This document shows, piece after piece, positions 17,924 to 27,881 of a stretch of 61,734 nucleotides of DNA (its first letter is position 1; each line of letters begins with the position of its first letter). The stretch is from Bdellovibrionales bacterium. Its GTDB lineage: Bacteria; Bdellovibrionota_G; JALEGL01; JAGRMV01. The position numbers and the translations under genes were made by a program. The notes beneath the pieces are model-generated. The model searched no databases. It saw nothing but the letters and a program-made list of their open reading frames with translations, and was not told the origin of the DNA. The stretch spans positions 1-61,734 of the forward strand of contig JAGRAZ010000002.1 in NCBI GenBank assembly GCA_020434345.1. The letters are read 5' to 3'.

Positions 17924-19822
17924 TTATACGTCCTGATGTTCTACGTCTATGACATCGTCTTTGGGACCAGAACCATTGGTTGATCCGTTGGTCTGTGAAG
18001 TCTCCTGAGAAGATCCAGCTTGCTGTGTATTTTTGTACATCTCTTCAGCCATTTTATGGCTCAACGATGTTAGGTTCTCAATTTCTTTTTTCATCGCATC
18101 TACATCACCACTCTCAAGGGCTGTTTTGGCCGATGCCAATGCACCTTCTAATGGTGTAACTTTATCTTGAGGAAGCTTGTCTTTGTTTTCACTCAAGGTT
18201 TTTTCCGTTGTGTAGATCATTGAATCAAGTTGGTTTTTGGTATTAACCTCTTCCTTTTTCTTGCGATCTTCTTCTGCATGTGACTCTGAATCTTTCACCA
18301 TTTTGCTGATTTCGTCATCTGAAAGACCCGATGAATTGCTAATGGTTATCTTTTGCTCTTTGCCTGTAGCTTTATCTTTGGCAAAAACATTGACGATACC
18401 ATTTGCATCGATATCAAATGTCACTTCAATTTGCGGCACGCCGCGCGGTGCAGAGGGAATATCATTGAGTTGGAAACGTCCTAGTGTTCTGTTTCCACTT
18501 GCCATTTCTCTTTCACCCTGAAGCACATGAATATCAACTGAGGGTTGATTATCTGCTGCAGTTGAAAACACTTCAGATTTTTTAACTGGAATGGTTGTAT
18601 TACGATCAATCAATTTGGTCATCACACCACCAAGTGTTTCAATACCCAAAGAAAGAGGTGTCACATCGAGAAGAAGTACATCTTTCACATCTCCTGCAAG
18701 CACTCCACCCTGAACGGCAGCACCATCTGCAACAACCTCATCAGGATTGACTGATTTGCTTCCTTCTTTACCAAAAATATCCTTAATCATTTTTTGTACA
18801 TAAGGAATTCGCGTTGAACCGCCCACCAAAATAACTTCATCAATTTCAGATGCACTTACACCTGCATCTTTAAGACAGTTAACACATGGCGCTTTACTTC
18901 GATCAATCACGGGAGCTGCTAATTTTTCAAACTGTGCACGTGAGAGTGTTACATTTAAATGCTTCGGACCAGAAGCATCTGCTGTTAAAAAGGGAAGATT
19001 GATATTGGTCTCTTGAACAGAAGACAATTCAATTTTTGCTTTTTCAGCAGCTTCTTTCAAACGTTGCATGACCATTTTATCATTTGAAACATCAAGTCCT
19101 TGGTCTTTTTTAAACTCTGCAGCCAACCAGTCAATAATGACTTGATCGACATCATCACCACCTAGGTGCGTGTCTCCGCCAGTTGCTTTTACTTCAACAA
19201 CTTTGTCTCCTACTTCCAAAATTGAAATATCAAATGTTCCACCACCAAAATCATATACTGCAATGACTTGGTCTTTTTTCTTATCCATGCCATATGCAAG
19301 TGCTGCAGCAGTTGGTTCATTGATGATACGTTTTACTTCAAGACCTGCAATTTTACCTGCGTCCTTGGTCGCTTGTCTTTGTGAATCATTAAAATATGCT
19401 GGAACTGTGATAACCGCTTGTGTAATTTTGCTTCCAATATAATCTTCTGCTGCTTTTTTGAGTTTACCCAAAATCATCGCAGAAATTTCTTGTGGACTCA
19501 TTGTTTTGCCATCAATTTCAATCGCTGCCATGCCTTTTTCATCTTTAACAACTTTGTAAGGCACCTTTTTGTCTGCGTCTGTTAGCTCATCAAATCGACG
19601 ACCCATAAAACGTTTCACACTAAAAATGGTTTTTTCTGGATTGGTCACGGACTGACGTTTTGCAACCTGACCTACGGCACGCTCGCCACCTTTAAGAAAT
19701 GCCACAACGGAAGGGGTTGTACGGTTTCCTTCCTCATTTTGAATGACCTTAGCTTCGCCACCCTCCATAATTGAAACTACAGAGTTGGTTGTACCTAAAT
19801 CAATACCGATAATCTTACTCAT
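17924..19822 (-). CDS. dnaK: Chaperone DnaK (Hsp70)
   Basis: [60 protein letters not shown]. Confidence 0.99.
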   Translation of the reverse strand: MSKIIGIDLGTTNSVVSIMEGGEAKVIQNEEGNRTTPSVVAFLKGGERAVGQVAKRQSVTNPEKTIFSVKRFMGRRFDELTDADKKVPYKVVKDEKGMAAIEIDGKTMSPQEISAMILGKLKKAAEDYIGSKITQAVITVPAYFNDSQRQATKDAGKIAGLEVKRIINEPTAAALAYGMDKKKDQVIAVYDFGGGTFDISILEVGDKVVEVKATGGDTHLGGDDVDQVIIDWLAAEFKKDQGLDVSNDKMVMQRLKEAAEKAKIELSSVQETNINLPFLTADASGPKHLNVTLSRAQFEKLAAPVIDRSKAPCVNCLKDAGVSASEIDEVILVGGSTRIPYVQKMIKDIFGKEGSKSVNPDEVVADGAAVQGGVLAGDVKDVLLLDVTPLSLGIETLGGVMTKLIDRNTTIPVKKSEVFSTAADNQPSVDIHVLQGEREMASGNRTLGRFQLNDIPSAPRGVPQIEVTFDIDANGIVNVFAKDKATGKEQKITISNSSGLSDDEISKMVKDSESHAEEDRKKKEEVNTKNQLDSMIYTTEKTLSENKDKLPQDKVTPLEGALASAKTALESGDVDAMKKEIENLTSLSHKMAEEMYKNTQQAGSSQETSQTNGSTNGSGPKDDVIDVEHQDV

Positions 19823-19924
19823 AACGCAAATTCTCCTTATAACTTATTGATATCACAGAACTTTTAATGTCTGCGATCTACAGTACTAAGGTAAGCACGA
19901 TTTCTATAGCGTCAAGGGCTAAAA

Positions 19925-20905
19925 TTACGAGAGAAGTTTTTTTACAGAAGCCGTAAGCATTGGGGCAATTTCAAACATATCCCCCACAATGCCATAATCA
20001 GCATGCTGAAAAATGGGAGCTTCTTTGTCCGTGTTGATTGCAACAATAACTTTACTGGTTCTCATACCCGCCAAATGCTGAATGGCTCCAGAAATACCAA
20101 ACGCAATATAGAGTTTGGGATTGACCACTTTTCCTGTTTGACCAATTTGCATGCTATGAGGTGCATATCCTGCATCCACTGCAGCGCGAGAAGCTCCAAC
20201 ACCGGCTCCAAGCACATTGGCCAACTCTTCCAAAATAGAAAAATTGTTCGCATCCTTAATAGATCTTCCGGCAGAAACAATGACTGAACTTTCTGTTAAA
20301 TCTGGACGATCTGTTTTGCCCGCAATATGTTCTTTACACACCCATTCTGTAAGTGAATCAAACTCAACTGCAACTTGAACAACTTCAGGTTGTGTTACCT
20401 GAAAGCTTTCATATCGATCAAATACATTGGGTCTGCATGTAACAATTGCGCAAACACCATTACGAATTCTTGCCCAAGCGTTACATCTTCCTGAATACAT
20501 GGGTCGTTTTACATTGATTTGGCCATGATCCAATTTGATTTCCACACCTTCAGATACCATCGCACAATCTTTTCTTGCAGTTACACTTGGAAAAAGATCT
20601 TTCCCTTGCGCACTTGCTGTAGCCAAAACCAATGTTGGACTTACTTGGTGTAACACACTACAAAAAGCTTTGGTGTAGTGTGTAGGATGATACTGCGCTA
20701 GTTTTTCATGATCGCACACAAAAACTTTTTTCACACCATAGTTGGCCATTTCTGCAACTACATTTTGTACTGAAGAGCCAAGTACAACTGCACTCACATC
20801 TGAACCTGTATCTTGCGTAAGTCGTAACGCTTGACCCAAAAGCTCAACCGATGTTGATTTAATTTTTTGATCTTTATGCTCAACGTAAACTAGAATTGAC
20901 GACAT
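19925..20905 (-). CDS. etfA: Electron transfer flavoprotein alpha subunit
   Basis: IVSAGRS, VGASRAAVDAG, QIGQTGKVVNPKLYIAFGISGAIQHLAGM. Confidence 0.96.
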   Translation of the reverse strand: MSSILVYVEHKDQKIKSTSVELLGQALRLTQDTGSDVSAVVLGSSVQNVVAEMANYGVKKVFVCDHEKLAQYHPTHYTKAFCSVLHQVSPTLVLATASAQGKDLFPSVTARKDCAMVSEGVEIKLDHGQINVKRPMYSGRCNAWARIRNGVCAIVTCRPNVFDRYESFQVTQPEVVQVAVEFDSLTEWVCKEHIAGKTDRPDLTESSVIVSAGRSIKDANNFSILEELANVLGAGVGASRAAVDAGYAPHSMQIGQTGKVVNPKLYIAFGISGAIQHLAGMRTSKVIVAINTDKEAPIFQHADYGIVGDMFEIAPMLTASVKKLLS

Positions 20906-20915
20906 TTTATCTCCC

Positions 20916-21692
20916 TTATATAACTTTGGCTTCTTCGCGTAAGAGTTTTACAAGCGCGTCAACATTTTCCTGCGTGGCACCTTCAAACATTTTGTTTTTT
21001 CGCTCTGTGCTCGGTAATTCAAAATCTACAATTTCTATGTTGGGTGCAATTTTTTCTAATCCTAGATCAGAAACAGTTATTACATCTAGCTGTTTCTTTT
21101 TTGCCGCCATGATTCCTTTAAGTGAAGCATATCTCGGTTGATTCAAACCTTTAGTACAAGCAATTACTGATTTTGTTGGCACTTGCCAGACTTCTTTAGC
21201 ACCACCCTCAACATCACGTGTAGCTAAAAATGTACCACTTTTCATCTCAAGCTGACTCACAACAGTAACATACGGCCATGATAGTTTTTCTGCGATCATT
21301 TGCGAAACCTGACCATTGTCATCATCTATAGCCTGTCTTCCGGTCAAAACCACATCAATAGATTCCTTTTGCAGCGCTTGACTTAGCACCTTGGCTGTCA
21401 CCAATCCGTCGGCACTACCAACACTATCATCAGAAATAAAAACGGCACGGTCTGCACCCATTGCAAGTGCAGTACGCAGCGTATCTTGTCCTTTGGAACC
21501 ACCATAGGTGAACGCAACGACTTCTATGCTTGCATCTTGATCTTTGTAAAGAAGCGCTTGCTCTAATGCAAACTCATCATAAGGACTTATTACAAACTTT
21601 AAACCATCTTCAACAATGTTTTTTTTATCTGCTGCAACTTGAATTTTTGCTGTTGTATCTGGAACAGACTTAACGCATACACCGATTTTCAT
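20916..21692 (-). CDS. etfB: Electron transfer flavoprotein beta subunit
   Basis: VCVKSVPDT, SPYDEFALEQA, ALAMGADRA, GRQAIDDDNGQV, NQPRYASLKGIMAAKKK. Confidence 0.96.
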   Translation of the reverse strand: MKIGVCVKSVPDTTAKIQVAADKKNIVEDGLKFVISPYDEFALEQALLYKDQDASIEVVAFTYGGSKGQDTLRTALAMGADRAVFISDDSVGSADGLVTAKVLSQALQKESIDVVLTGRQAIDDDNGQVSQMIAEKLSWPYVTVVSQLEMKSGTFLATRDVEGGAKEVWQVPTKSVIACTKGLNQPRYASLKGIMAAKKKQLDVITVSDLGLEKIAPNIEIVDFELPSTERKNKMFEGATQENVDALVKLLREEAKVI

Positions 21693-21706
21693 ATTTTTAT
21701 TTCCTT

Positions 21707-22249
21707 CTAAAAATGCCCTGACACAAAACCTGTAACAACAGGAATATTATCCACCGCATTTGAACTGATCCAGTTCATACGAAGAGCACCACCCAATGAT
21801 AAATTTTTCAAAAGATAAATCTCTAACCCTGTGCTTAACTCAAACATAAAATTACTAAATTGCACATTGGTTTGGTCGCGATATGCTAGACCTGCACTGC
21901 CTCCAAAGTACCATTCAAAAAAACCCAACGGCAATGTGATTCTGGGTCCCATGGAAACAAGTGTATACGTTGTCACATCACCAAAACCCACTTGCGCTCT
22001 CGGACCAATGGCCAAAAATTTATCAAGCTGCACTTCCCCTTCAAATGTAAGCCAAAAAACAGAAGGGTCAATGGCTGTTCCAGCACCCAAACGCGCATTC
22101 CAAGAAATGGGGTCGGGTCTTTCAAGCGTCGGCATTGTTCTGCTTGAAGTTACTGTTGATGTTTCTGGCGCAGGTGCTTGCTCTTCTTGGCCCCACGCAT
22201 GAACTGACCACAAAAGCCCCAAAGCGATAAGAAAAATAAATTTACGCAT
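21707..22249 (-). CDS. Small outer-membrane beta-barrel protein
   Basis: Signal peptide (...VHAWG), alternating amphipathic strands and C-terminal Phe (GFVSGHF). Confidence 0.7.
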   Translation of the reverse strand: MRKFIFLIALGLLWSVHAWGQEEQAPAPETSTVTSSRTMPTLERPDPISWNARLGAGTAIDPSVFWLTFEGEVQLDKFLAIGPRAQVGFGDVTTYTLVSMGPRITLPLGFFEWYFGGSAGLAYRDQTNVQFSNFMFELSTGLEIYLLKNLSLGGALRMNWISSNAVDNIPVVTGFVSGHF

Positions 22250-22889
22250 GTGTTACCTTCTTCCAATCTGCTAAAAATGTTTCAATACCCTTGTCTGTTA
22301 AAGGATGTTTTGCAAACTGCTCCATCACTTTAAATGGAATGGTTGCCACATCCGCGCCCATGAGTGCCGCTTCCAAGGCATGAATTGGATTTCGAATACT
22401 TGCTACAAGAACCTCTGTATCGAACTCGTACTGATCATAAATTTGAATAATTTGTGCAATCAGATCCATCCCGACAGCAGAAATATCATCCAAACGGCCC
22501 ACAAAAGGACTGATGTATGCTGCCCCTGCTTTTGCAGCTAGTAAGGCTTGTAGAGGAGAAAAACAAAGTGTCATGTTGACTGGAATGCCATCTTTAGCAA
22601 GTTCCTTGGTTGCACCCAGTGAAGCAGTTGTCATAGGCAGCTTCACGACGACATTGTCACCATATTTGCGTAACGCTTTACCCTCTTCAACCATTTCTTT
22701 GGTTGAAAGACCCACTACCTCAAGACTCACAGGCCCGGGTACAATTTCACAGATCTGCGCATACATTTGGTCAGGTTTTTTGCCTTCTTTGGCCACCAAA
22801 CTGGGGTTGGTCGTCACCCCGTCCAAAACACCCCAAGAAAGTGCTGTTTTGATTTCATCTATGTTGGCAGAATCAATAAAGAATTTCAC
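22242..22889 (-). CDS. tal: Transaldolase (small Tal/FSA family)
   Basis: FFIDSA, GVTTNPSL, Schiff-base VVKLP. Glu in SLEVV and Phe in SPFVGR are the transaldolase rather than FSA signature residues. Confidence 0.88.
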   Translation of the reverse strand: MKFFIDSANIDEIKTALSWGVLDGVTTNPSLVAKEGKKPDQMYAQICEIVPGPVSLEVVGLSTKEMVEEGKALRKYGDNVVVKLPMTTASLGATKELAKDGIPVNMTLCFSPLQALLAAKAGAAYISPFVGRLDDISAVGMDLIAQIIQIYDQYEFDTEVLVASIRNPIHALEAALMGADVATIPFKVMEQFAKHPLTDKGIETFLADWKKVTHA

Positions 22890-22975
22890 GATTTATCCTT
22901 TTTAAATGTTGTTGAACAACCAATATATAGCCTCATGCAGGATGTCAAGCACTTGGAGAGGACATCCCTGTATAA

Positions 22976-23734
22976 TCACACCGCAAAGTCCATAAAGGCG
23001 AAATCCTTCATAGCTTTTGAGTCCCAGCGTTCACCACAGTCCTCACTGTATAAAAACGATTCATCAGGCGTAGAAGACCCCAATGACAGCATCATTTTCA
23101 TATGCTCAATCACATTGCGCGTCGGGTCTACAACTTCAACATTAAGATAGGACTCAATCCATCGTGATATAATTGTATAATGCGTACATCCCAAGATAAG
23201 ATGCGTGTACCCTTTGTCTTTTAAGATCAAAAGTTCTTTTGACACCTCTTCACGAATTGCATCAAATGGATTGTTTTTCAAAGACTCAATCAACATGGCT
23301 AATTTTGTAAGTGGAAAAACATCAATCTTAGACGCTGGATCATTTTCCATTTGTAACTTTTGAAATCTTTTTGAGGAAAATGTTGCAGGCGTTAGAATCA
23401 AAGCATACTTTGCTTGGCTTGTGGTAAGTTTTGCATGACGCATGTAGGGTTCAATGCCAACAATTGGCAAATGAAACCTACTTCGCAAACCATCAATCGT
23501 CTCAGCAGTAAGCGTATTGCATGCCATTAAAACTGCATCGATTTTTTTACCTAGCAAGTTTTGCATCATGATCTCAATGCGTTCTTTCATAAAACCCTGA
23601 GATTTGCCGCCATAGGGTACGTTTCGTGAGTCACAAACATACAAAAGATTTACGTTTAATTTTTGTTTTTGAATTTCTTGAACAAACGTAAGACCACCAA
23701 TACCTGAATCGATGACACCGATTGTTTTTTTCAT
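22976..23734 (-). CDS. murI: Glutamate racemase
   Basis: IGVIDSGIGGL, PYG.K, catalytic MACNT and LGCTHY; ATG 23734 overlaps the vanZ stop. Confidence 0.88.
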   Translation of the reverse strand: MKKTIGVIDSGIGGLTFVQEIQKQKLNVNLLYVCDSRNVPYGGKSQGFMKERIEIMMQNLLGKKIDAVLMACNTLTAETIDGLRSRFHLPIVGIEPYMRHAKLTTSQAKYALILTPATFSSKRFQKLQMENDPASKIDVFPLTKLAMLIESLKNNPFDAIREEVSKELLILKDKGYTHLILGCTHYTIISRWIESYLNVEVVDPTRNVIEHMKMMLSLGSSTPDESFLYSEDCGERWDSKAMKDFAFMDFAV

Positions 23735-24162
23735 ACACATTTCTTTCGTATAAAAAAAACAACTTGTGTAAAAATTGCTCCAACTGTATCAAGTCCTACA
23801 TCTCGAAGTGAGCCCCCACGAACCAGCGAAAAACTTTGATTGGTTTCATCGAGCACCGCCCAAAATAAACAAAAAACAACAGCATACATGGCTACTCTAA
23901 AATTCCATTTTTTAAGCGGCCTAAGAGACAGTGTAAATCCAAACAATGCAAGCCAAGATAAAATCGCATAATTAAAAAAATGCATAAATTTTCTAAATTT
24001 TATATGAAATAAATACATTTGATCTGCATTTAACCCACTGTAAAAAAAATTCACAACCGTAGCAAAAATCGAATCGGTATTGTTGGAACTAAACCGATCC
24101 GTTGAATAAAACAGAATGAGGAGTGCCCAAAGCAATGCATATTTCCAGTATTGTAATTTCAT
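23731..24162 (-). CDS. VanZ-like membrane protein
   Basis: RK..HF..YAIL..L and A..DE..QSF...RGGS..DV.LD..G motifs; ATG 24162 is coupled to the gshA stop. Confidence 0.8.
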   Translation of the reverse strand: MKLQYWKYALLWALLILFYSTDRFSSNNTDSIFATVVNFFYSGLNADQMYLFHIKFRKFMHFFNYAILSWLALFGFTLSLRPLKKWNFRVAMYAVVFCLFWAVLDETNQSFSLVRGGSLRDVGLDTVGAIFTQVVFFIRKKCV

Positions 24163-25475
24163 TAAAATTGCTTCCAAACCATATCATCAGCAAGAGATAG
24201 GTTTTTAAGCTTTACCTCCGCAGGAGACAAACCTTCGTCTACATAGGGCCGAACATAAGAAAGAAATCTCTGCTCATCATTCACTAAACCACTTTTGGCA
24301 ATCTGGAATATTTCAGCGACATAGTCTTTAACTTTGCGACCAGCAAATGATGCCTGCATACCTTGAACAGATACATCTTTTGTGGCTTTTTTAATATCAG
24401 ACGCGGTTACGTCTTTACACATCTGCAATATTTGGTCTAGGCTTTGTGGGTGATACATAATCCCTTTAATAATTGCAGCACTACTCATGACAAGATCAAG
24501 TGTATTGGAATCAATTGATCTAAACTCCAAATGATTTTTTAAACGAACTTCCGGAAAAGTTGTTGTTAAGTGCAAAAGCCAATCTTGTTCAAGAACGTCT
24601 CCAAAAGGCTTTGTATTCATATACTCTCGAAATGTAAGGTGCCCCACATCAATGTATTTTCCATCTCTGGAAATAAAATACATTGGTATATCCATCATGT
24701 AATCTCGGTATTTTTCAAATGTGAATGTACCGTCAATAAAAAACGGGGGTACGCCCGATCTATTAGGATCCAAACGATCCCAGATCTGCATTCTTCTTGT
24801 ACAGAACCCATTAACCTTCCCATTCTCAAAGAAGCTATTTGCAAACAATGCAGCCAAAATTGGTGACAAAAAGCTGCTGGCTATGATTTTAGATTTACAA
24901 TCACCTTCGCTAAAATAATCATAATTGATTTGAATCGAAGATGTCACAGTCATCATTTCTAAAAAAGCTTCATCCTTTTGGTGAAATTGCCGCATGGCTT
25001 TGTAGCGAGATTTTGGAACCCATTGGGCATTTTCTAATGTTGTGACTGGAGGCACAGCAGTCCGAGCATAAAAGCACGGAAGTTCTCTGCCGATTTCATC
25101 AAAAATAACAACAATACGCTTAATTTCATCTAACGAATCCTGCAATTGAGCATGGGCTGCCGCACTGATCTCAAGCTGCCCCCCGGGTTCAAGGGTAATC
25201 GCGCTTCCACCGTGGGTTAAAGAAATTAACGCATCATGATCAAAAACAGGGTCCCAATTTGTTTTTTCCCGAAATGCAGCAAGCAATTTTTCAATACATG
25301 GCCCGCTTGAACGAAAAGGCAAGGATGTACCCTTTTGTGCGTCTATCACAAACCGCTCAAATTCTATACCAATCAAAAATTCTGACGCAGGTCTTGCCCC
25401 TTTTTCAAAAACCTGCAATAAATCGGAAGGTGTTTTGAGAATTTGAGATTGTGCTTGAGAAACTTCACGACTCAC
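24162..25475 (-). CDS. gshA: Glutamate--cysteine ligase (GCS2, plant/alphaproteobacterial-like type)
   Basis: IGIEFERF, ITLEPGGQLEIS, PKSRY..M, MM..TSSIQINYD, ALFANS, TTFPEVRLK.HLEFR. Confidence 0.85.
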   Translation of the reverse strand: MSREVSQAQSQILKTPSDLLQVFEKGARPASEFLIGIEFERFVIDAQKGTSLPFRSSGPCIEKLLAAFREKTNWDPVFDHDALISLTHGGSAITLEPGGQLEISAAAHAQLQDSLDEIKRIVVIFDEIGRELPCFYARTAVPPVTTLENAQWVPKSRYKAMRQFHQKDEAFLEMMTVTSSIQINYDYFSEGDCKSKIIASSFLSPILAALFANSFFENGKVNGFCTRRMQIWDRLDPNRSGVPPFFIDGTFTFEKYRDYMMDIPMYFISRDGKYIDVGHLTFREYMNTKPFGDVLEQDWLLHLTTTFPEVRLKNHLEFRSIDSNTLDLVMSSAAIIKGIMYHPQSLDQILQMCKDVTASDIKKATKDVSVQGMQASFAGRKVKDYVAEIFQIAKSGLVNDEQRFLSYVRPYVDEGLSPAEVKLKNLSLADDMVWKQF

Positions 25476-25511
25476 ACTTTTAACCTTGAACTCGCGTTCA
25501 TTTTACCTTCC

Positions 25512-25520
25512 TGCTATAAT
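25512..25520 (+). promoter_or_regulatory. Extended -10 promoter (TGC-TATAAT) for rel
   Basis: Perfect TATAAT with TGn, ending 16 nt before ATG 25537. Confidence 0.6.
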
Positions 25521-25536
25521 CGAAATTTATAACTAC

Positions 25537-27684
25537 ATGAGAACGATAGAGACAATACTTTCAGAAGTCAAAAAGGCAAAGAAAAATGCCAATATTGACA
25601 TGATCAAGCGCGCCTTTGCCATGGCTGAAAATGCCCACGAAGGGCAAAAAAGAAAATCGGGGGACCCTTACCTTCTTCATCCCCTTGAGGTTGCCTATAT
25701 TCTTGCCAATAAAAACATGGACGAAGAAAGTATCGTTGCAGGTCTTTTGCATGACATTGTCGAAGACACTGACATCCCTTTAAAAAGCATTGAAAAGGAA
25801 TTTGGCAAAGAAGTCTCTGAAATCGTAGACGGTCTTACTAAATTAAGTAAAATTTCATTCCAAGCAAAAGACGTGCGTCAAAATGAAAGTTTTCGAAAAA
25901 TGCTTTTGGCCATGTCAAAAGACATTCGCGTCATTATTATTAAGCTTGTAGACAGACTTCATAACATGCGAACACTCGATCATATGAGTTCAAATCGTCA
26001 ACAAGCAATCTCTCAAGAAACATTGGACATATACGCACCTATCGCTCATAGACTGGGTATTTCATGGATTAAAACTGAACTTGAAAATCTAGCTTTCAAA
26101 TACCTACACCCTGAAGCCTACGAAAAGCTACGTAAAAACATTCAAAAATCGGAAAAGGAAAACACGCGTTACGTTCAGAAGGTTCTAGAAGTGATTGAAG
26201 ATCGCATGAATGAAAATAAACTAAGCTGCGAAGTTACTGGACGCTATAAGCATTTATTTTCGATTTTTAGAAAAATGGAAATGAGAAATCTTGATTTTGA
26301 GCAAATCACAGACTTAATTGCATTTCGAATCATGGTAGACACAATCCCTCAGTGCTATGAAGCTTTAGGTTATATTCACAGCATTTGGAAACCAGTGCCT
26401 GGTAAATTCAAAGACTACATTGCTCTTCCCAAAGAAAATATGTACCAATCACTACACACTGCAGTCATTGGTCCTGATGGGAGCAGAATCGAAGTACAAA
26501 TTAGAACACACAAAATGCATAAGTTTGCCGAGGAAGGAGTTGCAGCGCACTGGGCATACAAAACTGGTGACAGCTTCAGTCAAGAAGAATTAGAGCAACT
26601 TAATTGGATCAAAAGGATGCTGGAACTTCAAGAGGATCTGCCCGACTCTCATGAATTTATTGAGTCTGTCAAAATTGATCTTTATTCAGATGAAGTCTTT
26701 GTCTTTACACCTCGTGGAGAAGTTATTGAACTTCCAAAAGGAAGCACACCCATCGATTTTGCCTATCGAATCCACACTGAGGTTGGACACCATTGCAAAG
26801 GTGCCCGTGTAAACGAAAAAATGGTTCCCTTACGACATCAACTTCGCAATGGCGACATTGTAGACATTATAACTGATCCAAACATGCTACCTTCAAAAGA
26901 CTGGTTAAACTTTGTTAAGACTTCCAAAGCCAAATCAAAAATCAGATCTGTTTTACGACAAGAACAACGCGATACAGGAAAACTGATTGGACAAGAGATA
27001 CTGGATCGTGAATTACGAAAAATTGATCTTTCAATTACAAAAATTACAGACAACGGAACTTTGAAAAAAATACTTGATCACCTTAAACTCGGCCATATTG
27101 ATGAGTTATTTCTTGGTCTTGGGTACGGAAAAATTGAGTTATCTCATTTTTTACCACTTCTACACGATGAAAAGGAAACCAACGAAAGCATCATCTCAAA
27201 AATATCTTCTACTCTTCCAAGCATTCGAAAAACATCAACCTCTCCTATTTTGGTTGGTGGCAAAGAAAATATATTGATTCGTTTTGGTAAATGCTGCGAT
27301 CCACTCCCGGGCGACCCTATTATTGGATTTGTTACAAGGGGTAAAGGCGTTACCGTTCACAAAAACGATTGTGTTCGACTTTTAGACATGGACCCTGAAA
27401 GAAAAATTGACGTGGACTGGGCACAAAAAGACACAATCACTCGAATTGTAAAAATTAAAGTTATATCTAGAGACACGCCGGGTATTTTGGCAGAAATTTC
27501 AAAAATTATCTCCAAGGGTGGATCAAACATCGCAAGTGCAACTTGCTCAACAACACAGGATCAAATGGCACTCAACATTTTTGAAATTTCCATTCAAAAC
27601 GCCGAACAATTGCGCTTATTGATGGGGAGCATCGAACATCTCGATGGCATCATCTCTGTCGAACGCACCAAATCCAATGCCTAA
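25537..27684 (+). CDS. rel: Bifunctional (p)ppGpp synthetase/hydrolase (long RSH)
   Basis: Hydrolase RKSGDPYLLHP...LLHDIVEDT; synthetase FKDYIALPK.NMYQSLHT, EVQIRT; TGS (VFTP.G...LP.GSTPIDFAY); ZFD CCDPLPGD; ACT domain. Confidence 0.96.
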   Translation: MRTIETILSEVKKAKKNANIDMIKRAFAMAENAHEGQKRKSGDPYLLHPLEVAYILANKNMDEESIVAGLLHDIVEDTDIPLKSIEKEFGKEVSEIVDGLTKLSKISFQAKDVRQNESFRKMLLAMSKDIRVIIIKLVDRLHNMRTLDHMSSNRQQAISQETLDIYAPIAHRLGISWIKTELENLAFKYLHPEAYEKLRKNIQKSEKENTRYVQKVLEVIEDRMNENKLSCEVTGRYKHLFSIFRKMEMRNLDFEQITDLIAFRIMVDTIPQCYEALGYIHSIWKPVPGKFKDYIALPKENMYQSLHTAVIGPDGSRIEVQIRTHKMHKFAEEGVAAHWAYKTGDSFSQEELEQLNWIKRMLELQEDLPDSHEFIESVKIDLYSDEVFVFTPRGEVIELPKGSTPIDFAYRIHTEVGHHCKGARVNEKMVPLRHQLRNGDIVDIITDPNMLPSKDWLNFVKTSKAKSKIRSVLRQEQRDTGKLIGQEILDRELRKIDLSITKITDNGTLKKILDHLKLGHIDELFLGLGYGKIELSHFLPLLHDEKETNESIISKISSTLPSIRKTSTSPILVGGKENILIRFGKCCDPLPGDPIIGFVTRGKGVTVHKNDCVRLLDMDPERKIDVDWAQKDTITRIVKIKVISRDTPGILAEISKIISKGGSNIASATCSTTQDQMALNIFEISIQNAEQLRLLMGSIEHLDGIISVERTKSNA

Positions 27685-27822
27685 CTCGCAGGGAGGTGTA
27701 TCAAAGTGGCTTTGCCACTTTGATAGGGGGGAAGCGTTTCCCCCATCACAAGAAACAGACAGGGGAACATTGAACATCTGGATGGCATTGTATCTGTTGA
27801 ACGCACAAAATCCAACGCATAA
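27625..27822 (+). repeat. Direct repeat of the last 20 rel codons (27625-27684 and 27763-27822)
   Basis: GSIEHLDGIISVERTKSNA* versus GNIEHLDGIVSVERTKSNA*; 50/60 nt identical by manual comparison; offset 138 nt. Confidence 0.9.
27699..27748. repeat. Tandem hairpin insert between the rel 3' repeats
   Basis: Perfect TATCAAAGTGGC-TTT-GCCACTTTGATA followed by GGGGGAA-GCGT-TTCCCCC. Confidence 0.8.
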
Positions 27823-27881
27823 CTAAAATTCTCATTAGCAAAGTAAATAATCTTTTTTTTAAACATATTTTCAATTTATCA

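Noticed and set aside
18237-19442. Antisense ORFs on dnaK (and similar ones on gdh, purL and nuo genes)
   Set aside because: These are typical shadow ORFs opposite conserved, codon-biased genes, with no independent signals.
19870-19924. CIRCE element upstream of dnaK
   Set aside because: The half-site-like TTAGCCCTT and TCGTGCTTA (minus strand) are degenerate and 13 nt apart, not 9.
22930-22970. TTGACA promoter and GGATGTC/GACATCC inverted repeat upstream of tal
   Set aside because: The best -10 (TATATT) is only 15 nt from the -35 and the stem is short, so it is too weak to call.
27625-27822. rel tail repeats as a DGR template/variable repeat pair
   Set aside because: Mismatches are not adenine-specific (several are T/C, G/C or C/T), they follow codon wobble, and no reverse transcriptase is present.
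27682-27822. Stop read-through giving an extended Rel with a doubled tail
   Set aside because: The copies are in the same frame (138 nt offset), but another in-frame TGA lies at 27721-27723.
27644-27866. 60-aa (+) and 61-aa (-) ORFs over the rel repeat
   Set aside because: They are off-frame translations of the repeat and hairpins, with no RBS or protein-like features.
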